From the NCBI GenBank assembly GCA_030037065.1, contig JASHRW010000099.1, positions 1 to 58,512 of the forward strand: a stretch of 58,512 nucleotides of DNA. The letters run 5' to 3'. Of this stretch, positions 36,334 to 43,163 are shown in pieces. The DNA is from Xanthobacteraceae bacterium (GTDB lineage Bacteria; Pseudomonadota; Alphaproteobacteria; Rhizobiales; Xanthobacteraceae). Under the pieces are notes generated by a model. It saw only the letters and a program-made list of their open reading frames with translations. It was not told where the DNA came from and did not search any database. The first letter of the stretch is position 1; every line of letters starts with the position of its first letter. Position numbers and translations under genes: made by a program.

Positions 36334-36465
36334 GCGTCATTCCGGGGTGCGAGCAACGCGAGCGAACCCGGAATCCATAACTACGAAGCTCGAAGTCCAG
36401 CACGAATTTATCCAGACTCGTGATTATGGATTCCGGCTCTCGCTTTCGCTCGGCCGGAATGACGC
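36334..36465. repeat. REP-like nested palindromic element (about 130 bp)
   Basis: The outer termini are GCGTCATTCCGG...CCGGAATGACGC. The left hairpin is TTCCGGG..CCCGGAA. The central inverted repeat is GGAATCCATAA..TTATGGATTCC. The right hairpin is TTCCGGC..GCCGGAA. It fills the whole convergent gap between the ligase and UbiD-3. Confidence 0.85.
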
Positions 36466-36466
36466 A

Positions 36467-38065
36467 CTACCGTCCGCTCTTCGCCAGCGAGTGCACCCAG
36501 CCGGCCATGCGCTTCTTGGCGTTGGCGATGTCCTCTTTGGAGAACCAATCTTCCGGCTTGACCTTGTCGACCGGATAGACCGGGCGGAGGAAATCGCTCT
36601 CGTAGCCGAACGGCACCGTGGCATCGATGCCCATGCCGCCTTCGAAGCGCGTGTTCGACGCCGTCCATTGCTGCGCGCCCGCGGTCATACGTTCAGCCGG
36701 CATAAAGGTCTGGCCGCGGCCGCCCGGGATCGGATTGAGGATATCGGTCTGCGGATTGACCCGCGTGGTCAGGCACCACATGACGTCGTCCATCGAGTAG
36801 GGATCGACGTCCTCGCTGACCGCGATGGCAAGCCGCATGCCCTGCGAGCACGACAGGATGGCGGAGAGGAAATTGCGCTGCCAGCCTTCGTCGATCTGGT
36901 GGCGCTTCTTCACCTGGATGACGCAACCGCCCCAATCGGTCATGCAGTACGGGATCACGACGTTCTGCACGATGCCGGGCTGCAGCCGGTTGCACAGCTC
37001 GTAGATTGCCGCCTCGCGCACACTGGTGTCGATGTTATGATCGTCCAGCATATGGACGCCGAGCGCAAAGATGATCGGCTTCGACTCCGGCTTGCGCATG
37101 GTGATGGCGGTGACGTGGAAGGTCGGCGCTTTGTAGGACTTGCCCATGTAGCCGGCCCATTCGGGATGGAAATGGTAGCGGCCCTGCACGCCGGCATCCT
37201 CGGCTTCCTTGGTCTCGAAGCGACGGTCGCGCGGGTTGACGTAGCCTTCGAGCACGAGTTCGCAGTCGGCGAGCGCCATGGCGTCGACCGTGCGCGCCTT
37301 GACCAGACGAATGGGCGCACCCTGCACCGCCGACGCGATGCCGATTTCGTCGCAGCCCATCGGCAGCACGGCGTAATCGAAGCCGGCGCCGGCAAGCAGC
37401 GTGCAGGCCGGCGGCACGCCGAAGCACATCGTGATCGGCACCGGCTCGTTCTCCTTGTAGTATTTGTTGACTACCTGCCACATGTGCGAGCCGGGCGAGA
37501 TCTGAAACGTGCCGACATTGCCCCAGCGGAAATTCATCCGGTTGTAGCCGAGGTCGGAACCGCCCTCGAATTGCGCGCCGGTGACGCAGCGGATGCCGGA
37601 GCCGACGGTCAACTCGGGTTCGTAAGTGGTGTGGCGGATCGGCACCAGCCATTTGTTGACGTCGGCGGGCTTTTCGATGACGAATTCCTGGCACGGCGCC
37701 TCGCTCTGTGCGATCTCGGCAGGTTTGATGGGATGGGACAGCGCGTGCGCCAGCTTCTTCACGCGCTCGGCGTCATCCTTCCAGCCGAACATCTTGTTGA
37801 TGATCGCCATGTCGCCGAACAAATTGGTGATGACGCGATGGTTGGGCTTGCCTTTGACGGTGTTGAACAGAACCGGGCAGCCGCCGTCCATGTGCTTCTG
37901 CAGGCCGGTGACCTGCAGATCGGGATCGACCTCTTTGTCGGTTTCGATCAGTTCGCCGTTGGCGCGCAGCCATTGCAATGTGCTGCGCAGGTCGAAAGCT
38001 TGGTTCGGCGTGGCGGTCGATGGCTGTTCCTTGCGCAGCGGCTGTTGCATTGGCGGCGTTCCCAT
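36467..38065 (-). CDS. UbiD-family decarboxylase, paralog 3 (divergent)
   Basis: It is about 532 aa from ATG 38065 (alternative start 38050). It has UbiD-like length and blocks, but the catalytic region reads RYHFHPEWAGYMGKS. It is divergent from the MarR gene. Confidence 0.75.
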   Translation of the reverse strand: MGTPPMQQPLRKEQPSTATPNQAFDLRSTLQWLRANGELIETDKEVDPDLQVTGLQKHMDGGCPVLFNTVKGKPNHRVITNLFGDMAIINKMFGWKDDAERVKKLAHALSHPIKPAEIAQSEAPCQEFVIEKPADVNKWLVPIRHTTYEPELTVGSGIRCVTGAQFEGGSDLGYNRMNFRWGNVGTFQISPGSHMWQVVNKYYKENEPVPITMCFGVPPACTLLAGAGFDYAVLPMGCDEIGIASAVQGAPIRLVKARTVDAMALADCELVLEGYVNPRDRRFETKEAEDAGVQGRYHFHPEWAGYMGKSYKAPTFHVTAITMRKPESKPIIFALGVHMLDDHNIDTSVREAAIYELCNRLQPGIVQNVVIPYCMTDWGGCVIQVKKRHQIDEGWQRNFLSAILSCSQGMRLAIAVSEDVDPYSMDDVMWCLTTRVNPQTDILNPIPGGRGQTFMPAERMTAGAQQWTASNTRFEGGMGIDATVPFGYESDFLRPVYPVDKVKPEDWFSKEDIANAKKRMAGWVHSLAKSGR

Positions 38066-38091
38066 TGCATAGATTTCTAAGTAATTCCTGC

Positions 38092-38595
38092 ATGGGAAAC
38101 CGTGGACTGTCAACGCCGATGCCGCCGCCGTCAGCGAAAGCAAAGTCCGTGCGCGTGCTGGAGTTCCCGCCGCGGCTGTCCTCCGGCTATCTGGTGCGCG
38201 ATGCGCATCGCGCCTTTCAGCGTCTCCTGGAGCGGCGCATAACGCCTTATGGAGTCACCCGGGGCCAATGGTATTTTCTGCGCGTTTTGTGGACCCATGA
38301 CGGTCTGTCGCAGCGCGAACTGTCGGCGCGCGTCGGCATGATGGAGCCGACCACGGTGATTGCTCTGCGCAGCATGGAGAGGTCCGGATTGATCCACCGC
38401 CTACGCAGCGACGACGACCGGCGCAAGGTGCGCGTGCTGCTCACCGCCAAGGCCAAACGGCTACGCAATGAGTTGCTCGCCGTGGCGCGAACCATCACTG
38501 AAGAGGCGGAAGCGGGTATCGACATGCGCGACCTCGCTTCTTTCCGCCGCGTCATCGCGCGTATGACGGCCAATCTCGACCTTATCGAACGCTAG
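38092..38595 (+). CDS. MarR family transcriptional regulator
   Basis: I chose the internal ATG (MGNRGLS..). The winged-helix region reads GVTRGQWYFLRVLWTHDGLSQRELSARVGMMEPTTVIALRSMERSGLIHR. Confidence 0.85.
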   Translation: MGNRGLSTPMPPPSAKAKSVRVLEFPPRLSSGYLVRDAHRAFQRLLERRITPYGVTRGQWYFLRVLWTHDGLSQRELSARVGMMEPTTVIALRSMERSGLIHRLRSDDDRRKVRVLLTAKAKRLRNELLAVARTITEEAEAGIDMRDLASFRRVIARMTANLDLIER

Positions 38596-38639
38596 GACTC
38601 AGAGTCACTGAACGACGATACGCGCAGGATCATCGATTC

Positions 38640-38658
38640 CCTCTCCCTGCGGGAGAGG
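38640..38658. repeat. Short GC hairpin (REP-like unit)
   Basis: The sequence is CCTCTCCC-tgc-GGGAGAGG. It is flanked by the CTAGGAC (38592-38598) / GTCCTAG (38683-38689) inverted pair. Confidence 0.5.
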
Positions 38659-38712
38659 TGAAGCACGAAACAACGATCGTGGGTCCTAGGCAACAGAACC
38701 AAGGAGGCGAGC

Positions 38713-39510
38713 GTGACAAATCCGAGTTCGGCGAACCCGGTGTTGCTGGAGATCGATGATCGCAAGGTCGCGCGCCTCGTGCTCAATCGCCCTGAGGTCA
38801 ACAATGCCTACGATGGCGATCTCATCCAAGCGATGCTGACGGCGTTCGAGGCGCTGGAGAAAGCGTCGGGAATCCGCGCGGTTGTCATCAGCGGCAACGG
38901 ACGGCATTTTCAAGCCGGCGCCGACCTCAAGTGGCTCGATACGCTGCGGGCGGCTTCGGCGGAGGAAAACATTCGCGCCTCGCGAGCGACCGCCGAGGCG
39001 GTGCGACGCCTCAACTCGACACCGGTGCCGACGGTAGCATTGGTGCAGGGCGCATGCTTCGGCGGTGGCATCGGCATTGTCGCGGCGTGCGACATCGTCA
39101 TCGCCGCCGACGACGCGATATTTTCGATCGCCGAAGTGCGCTGGGGCCTGACGGCGGCCATCATCATCCCACAGCTCAACGACGCCATCGGCGTGCGGCA
39201 AGTGCGGCGTTATGCGCTGACCGGAGAGCGGTTCGATGCGCAGGAAGCCCGCCGCATCGGTCTCGTCCATGCGATCGTACCAGCGAGCGAACTCAAGGCG
39301 GCCGGCGCGCGCATGGTCGATCAATTGCTGCAAAACGGACCGGACGCAATTTCACAGACCAAGGCGCTCGCCCTCGAATCGTCGTGGAGCATGATCGACG
39401 AAGCGACATTCGAGCGTCTCGTCGAGATGCACGCGAAAAAACGGCAGTCCGGGGAGGCGGCCGAAGGGCTTTTGTCGTTCGTGGAGAAGCGCGCTGCAAA
39501 ATGGCGTTGA
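38713..39510 (+). CDS. Enoyl-CoA hydratase/isomerase (crotonase) family protein
   Basis: A GTG start follows AAGGAGG. The motifs are FQAGADLKW and GACFGGGIGIVAACDIVIAADDAIFSIAEVRWGL. Confidence 0.85.
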   Translation: MTNPSSANPVLLEIDDRKVARLVLNRPEVNNAYDGDLIQAMLTAFEALEKASGIRAVVISGNGRHFQAGADLKWLDTLRAASAEENIRASRATAEAVRRLNSTPVPTVALVQGACFGGGIGIVAACDIVIAADDAIFSIAEVRWGLTAAIIIPQLNDAIGVRQVRRYALTGERFDAQEARRIGLVHAIVPASELKAAGARMVDQLLQNGPDAISQTKALALESSWSMIDEATFERLVEMHAKKRQSGEAAEGLLSFVEKRAAKWR

Positions 39511-39526
39511 CGCCGCGGCAATCGCC

Positions 39527-40351
39527 TCATAGTCCGAGATAAGTTGCGAATTGTTTGACCGGACGGTCAAGCCCGACCGTCTGGAAGGCCGCTGCAAACG
39601 CGCCGCGAACCGGCGCAGGAATGAATGCGAATGCGGGCGCCCGGCCGGCCTTGCGCGCTGCCGCCAACCGTGCCGACCCATCGTAGCTGACGCGATGCAG
39701 AGTCAGCGTTCGCTGCGCCAGATCGAAAACCATGTAGCTCGCGCGGCGATCGAAGCTGCGGGGCTGTCCCACCGTACCGGGATTGATCAGATAATACCCA
39801 TCGTCGTGCAGGCGAACATGCTCCTCCTGCAGCGACGTGACGCGGCCGTTGCGAAACTCGAAAATGCCGACGCGGTGGGTGTGGCCGAAGGCGCAGATGC
39901 GCGCGCCCGAAGGATCGGCGGCCAGCGCGTGCAAACTCTGCAGCCGGCGTTGGTCGTTGTCGAGCCGCACTGTTGCGCAATCGCTCTGCGCGTGCAGCGC
40001 GCCGTGCACGGCCAGAAGCTTATGATGAATATTGGCTCTAAGCGGCAGGCTGGCGAGAAAGCGAAGCTCTTCTCGCGTCAGCCGCTCCCGGGCCCAGGCG
40101 ACGGCGCGGGCGGCGTCGCTGCTGAGGGTCCTGGTGGTGATCCGGCCGCACACCGCCAAATCGTGATCGCCGGCGACGCACAACGCGTCGACGCGGCGGA
40201 TCAGCGCGATGCATTCGGCCGGCGCGGCGCTGTAGCCGACGATGTCGCCGAGGCACACGATGCGGTCGACGGAGCGGCTCTCGATATTGGCGAGCGTCGC
40301 CTGCAGCGCTTGCAGATTGGCGTGGATATCAGAAATCAGCGCCAGCTTCAC
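39527..40351 (-). CDS. Metallophosphoesterase family protein
   Basis: The motifs are LISDIHAN, CLGDIVGY, GDHD and GHTH. The start overlaps the stop of the upstream GNAT-like gene (ATGA). Confidence 0.8.
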   Translation of the reverse strand: MKLALISDIHANLQALQATLANIESRSVDRIVCLGDIVGYSAAPAECIALIRRVDALCVAGDHDLAVCGRITTRTLSSDAARAVAWARERLTREELRFLASLPLRANIHHKLLAVHGALHAQSDCATVRLDNDQRRLQSLHALAADPSGARICAFGHTHRVGIFEFRNGRVTSLQEEHVRLHDDGYYLINPGTVGQPRSFDRRASYMVFDLAQRTLTLHRVSYDGSARLAAARKAGRAPAFAFIPAPVRGAFAAAFQTVGLDRPVKQFATYLGL

Positions 40352-41793
40352 GGCGGCGGCTCGGATTGAAACAACGCGCCGCCAGGATCAGTTCTGCCCG
40401 GGTTCCGCCGCAACAACGTTCCGAGACGCGAACGCAACCGGCAAACTGTGCGCCAGGCCCAGGGCGTCTGTTTGATGAATCGCTTCACGGGACGGCGCAT
40501 GGTCGATTGGCAATAGGGCAGGCAGCCCCGCCAAGTGGCAACCGCGGCGTAATCGGCCAGGCTGACTTGCGTGTCCGACCATTCGCGCTTGTAGGGTTCG
40601 TCGCCGATGGTGAAATCGAACTGCTTCAGTCCGCAGCCGATCGCATAGGCGAGAAGCTCGCGAAGGTGGAGCGCGCCAGGCCCGTAATGGGCAAGCGCGC
40701 CGTCGGCGTAGCTCGCCAACACGTGGTAGTAGGTGCCGCCGAACACGACGCCGAGATTCGCTGCAGCGCAGGTCGGCCCCACCTGGATGCGGCTTACGTG
40801 CACCAGATGGCGGGTCGTCGGGTTCGTGGCGATATCGAGAAAAAATTCACGCCATCCCGGTCGGGCGAACATATCGGCGATGCCTCGATGCGCAAGCAGC
40901 CGGCGCTTTTGCTCCATCAGGATTGTGAAGGTCCGCTGTGCATCGTCCGTGCCGATGCTGGTCAGGAAACTGACCTCGCCGAATTGCGACATGTGCTTGC
41001 GCTTGGCGCGGTCACGCCGGCGCGTCGCGGACGAACGCTTGGTGTAATAAAACTGCTTCCAGTCAGCGTCCAATTGCGCGAAGTGGGCACCGCTCGGGTT
41101 GAGCGCGTGAGGCAGGTGAAAGAAGGGATTGACTTGACCGGCAATGATTTGCGGCATTTTTTCAAGTTCGATCCAGTCGTAGCGCAGCTTCGATTCGCGC
41201 TGCATGCGCGCGCACAATCCCTCCCAGGCCGTGCGGAAGCACTCGGGGCTGACGCGTTGGGCGAAATCGCGGGCGAGGAGTGGTGCGTTGTAGTCGTTGA
41301 CATCCTGGCCGAGCCAGCACAGGCGTCGCGTTGCGCATTTTGATTCGATACAAAGCGGCAACATGAATGCCGTGTCGCCGTTGGCAAACGAAGCGACGGC
41401 GATGACCGGGATCGATCCGTCAGGCTGTCCGATGTGGCGCTGCCAGGCGACAAGCCAATCGAAGGTTTGAAACGGCGTGCAGTCGGCGACGCGTTCGAAG
41501 GTTCGCCATTGCGCTTCCGCTGCGGCAAAGCCGTCATAGAGCGAGAAAGTCAGATTGACCGGCGCGTCGCTTGCCGCATCGGCGCGGCGTACAGCCGCGC
41601 TTACCTTGGCATCGAACGCCAAGGCGGGGCTCCGCAATGCCGGTGATGGTGTGGCGCTCGTCACGCAAACCGCTGAAAATTGTGATCCAATCCAGCGTGA
41701 TAATCGAGAATAGCTAAGGGAGCATCGCCGGGCAGGCGGCGGTTTGGCGTTAAGGTAAAGCGAGCCTGAATGGAACGAGTCGATTTTTCGCAA
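40348..41793 (-). CDS. CelD/BioF2-like GNAT-fold acetyltransferase domain protein
   Basis: LYDGFAAAEAQWRTFERVADCTPFQTFDWLVAWQRHIG is typical of this family. The true start is probably downstream of 41793 (for example GTG about 41664), because the first 40-odd residues look non-coding. Confidence 0.6.
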   Translation of the reverse strand: MRKIDSFHSGSLYLNAKPPPARRCSLSYSRLSRWIGSQFSAVCVTSATPSPALRSPALAFDAKVSAAVRRADAASDAPVNLTFSLYDGFAAAEAQWRTFERVADCTPFQTFDWLVAWQRHIGQPDGSIPVIAVASFANGDTAFMLPLCIESKCATRRLCWLGQDVNDYNAPLLARDFAQRVSPECFRTAWEGLCARMQRESKLRYDWIELEKMPQIIAGQVNPFFHLPHALNPSGAHFAQLDADWKQFYYTKRSSATRRRDRAKRKHMSQFGEVSFLTSIGTDDAQRTFTILMEQKRRLLAHRGIADMFARPGWREFFLDIATNPTTRHLVHVSRIQVGPTCAAANLGVVFGGTYYHVLASYADGALAHYGPGALHLRELLAYAIGCGLKQFDFTIGDEPYKREWSDTQVSLADYAAVATWRGCLPYCQSTMRRPVKRFIKQTPWAWRTVCRLRSRLGTLLRRNPGRTDPGGALFQSEPPP

Positions 41794-41876
41794 ACGTTAG
41801 AGTCGGCGTCGGAGCGATTCAACAAGCGCTGCCCCGGCGCCGCCGGTGCCGTAGCGAATTTCCAGCAGTGGAATTC

Positions 41877-41953
41877 TGGTACAGCTGGGTGGATTCGAAC
41901 CACCGACCTCCTGATCCACAGTCAGGCGCTCTAACCAACTGAGCTACAGCTGC
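41877..41953 (-). tRNA. tRNA-His (anticodon GTG), 77 nt with encoded CCA
   Basis: I folded the cloverleaf by hand. The acceptor is GCAGCTG/CAGCTGT, the D arm is GCTC-AGTTGGTTA-GAGC, and the T arm is GGTGG-TTCGAAT-CCACC. The anticodon arm is CCTGA-CTGTGGA-TCAGG, giving anticodon GUG. It ends with discriminator A and CCA. The nucleotide at -1 is T. Confidence 0.95.
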
Positions 41954-42011
41954 ACGGGCGGCGGGCGCCTAGCGAGGCGAAACCTATGGGCAAGGCTCAG
42001 TTTTGGCAAGG

Positions 42012-42050
42012 CGAAAGCAAAAGCCCAGGCCGAACCCGGGCTTTTGTCTA
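42012..42050 (-). terminator. Rho-independent terminator of the phasin gene (bidirectional shape)
   Basis: On the minus strand the sequence is GCCCGGG-uucgg-CCUGGGC followed by UUUUGCUUUCG. An A-tract on the other side gives it a bidirectional shape. Confidence 0.7.
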
Positions 42051-42090
42051 AGCGATCGATCGATTGCTGCTACGCGCGGGACGATGAACG

Positions 42091-42594
42091 TCAGGCGACC
42101 TTGCTGAAGGCCTTGTTCACGCCGTTCTTGATCGGCTCGGCGGTCTCGGTGGCAACCTTCTGAGCCAGCGCATTGAGTTCCTTGCTCTGCTTGGTCAGTG
42201 CCTCAAACTGCTTGCGCACATGCGCGCTCGAAAGTTCGACGACTTCCGAGAGCGTTTTCGCCGTGATCAGCTCGCCGGCGAAGTCGAAGGCAGCGTTGGT
42301 ATTAATTCGCGCCGCCTCGATCATCTTTAGTCCGTAATCGGAGGCGCCCTTTGTAGCGGTCGAGTAGGTGGTTTCCAGTACGTCGGTTGCCTCTTCGGCC
42401 GCTGCCTTCATCTTCTCGTACGTGTCCTTGGCCTGGGCGACGCCCCGCTCGGCGAATTCGCGGAAGGCGGCAGGCATTTCGACGTTCGGAATTTCAAACT
42501 TCGGCATTTCGAATTTCGGCATCTCGAAGGGGTTCGTTGCCGGCTTGCTGGTTTTGGCTTTCGGGGGAGTTGCAGTTGAGGTGGTTTCCGCCAT
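42091..42594 (-). CDS. Phasin family protein (PHB granule-associated)
   Basis: I chose the internal ATG (MAETTSTATPPKAK..). FREFAERGVAQAKDTYEKMKAAAEEATDVLETTY...INTNAAFDFAGELITAKTLSEVVELSSAHVRKQFEAL is a typical alpha-proteobacterial phasin sequence. Confidence 0.85.
   Translation of the reverse strand: MAETTSTATPPKAKTSKPATNPFEMPKFEMPKFEIPNVEMPAAFREFAERGVAQAKDTYEKMKAAAEEATDVLETTYSTATKGASDYGLKMIEAARINTNAAFDFAGELITAKTLSEVVELSSAHVRKQFEALTKQSKELNALAQKVATETAEPIKNGVNKAFSKVA
42469..42528 (-). repeat. Four tandem 15-bp units inside the phasin gene encoding pentapeptide repeats
   Basis: The plus-strand units are ggcaggcatttcgac / gttcggaatttcaaa / cttcggcatttcgaa / tttcggcatctcgaa. They encode FEMPK FEMPK FEIPN VEMPA. 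Confidence 0.8.
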
Positions 42595-42750
42595 GATACG
42601 TGTCCTTAAGATTCGTCCTTGCTCTTGGGCTGTCTCGCGTTGAGAATTTCTTGGCCTCGCCGCCCGCTGCGCAAGGCCTCCGGTCCATTGCAAAACCCGA
42701 CGGCCGACAGGCCCGAGGTTTTCTGTGCAACCATATAACACTGGCTTTGG

Positions 42751-42779
42751 TGCGTTGCAATAGAATTTATTGCATCGCA
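42751..42779. promoter_or_regulatory. Near-perfect 12-bp inverted repeat upstream of the phasin gene
   Basis: The sequence is TGCGTTGCAATA-gaatt-TATTGCATCGCA, matching at 11 of 12 positions. It sits in the most AT-rich stretch of the window, about 160 nt upstream of the phasin start. Confidence 0.45.
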
Positions 42780-43163
42780 CAATAAATATTAAATTATTGA
42801 TAGAAATAGGTTTTTCACCTCAATTCGGCGATGGGCATCAAGCCTTCGGAGAGGTAGCCTCGACCACCTGCCATTTTGGCGGCGCTTTCGCCGCGCGCGC
42901 GAACCTGCGCCGAAGCGTCTGCATCTGCCGCCCCAAGTACTCCGTCAGCAAACCCATGAATTTAGCCGCATCGTTGGCGCACGAGATGGGCATATCCGTG
43001 GAAGTCAAACGGTACGCGAGCCAAAGCCGGGATTGTGGGAGTGGCACTTTGCGGGCTCCGATTAAGGTTATCTCGGCTTGCCCAGCCTGCAGGAGGCTCC
43101 CCGCCATGGACGCCGTACAGCGCTCGCATTATTAAGAATCGCTTAAGCAACGGGTTCCGTCGC

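Noticed and set aside
36308-38080. A 590-aa plus-strand ORF antisense to UbiD paralog 3.
   Set aside because: It has no motifs. Its composition (Asp/Arg/Ala/His runs) mirrors the codon complement of the UbiD frame. It also begins inside the REP element.
41794-42090. tRNA-His as an integration site of a genomic island.
   Set aside because: There is no integrase, excisionase or transposase anywhere in the window. I could not find a direct repeat of the tRNA 3' end by eye. The neighbouring genes look like ordinary chromosomal genes. Horizontal origin of the 8-39.5 kb region remains possible but is unsupported here.
42770-43135. ORFs of 121 aa (+) and 89 aa (-, 42838-43107) in the phasin/kinase spacer.
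   Set aside because: They have no motifs and no ribosome-binding sites. Their composition is odd (Cys/Arg-rich) and they mutually overlap. I treat them as non-coding. The spacer is reported as a finding instead.
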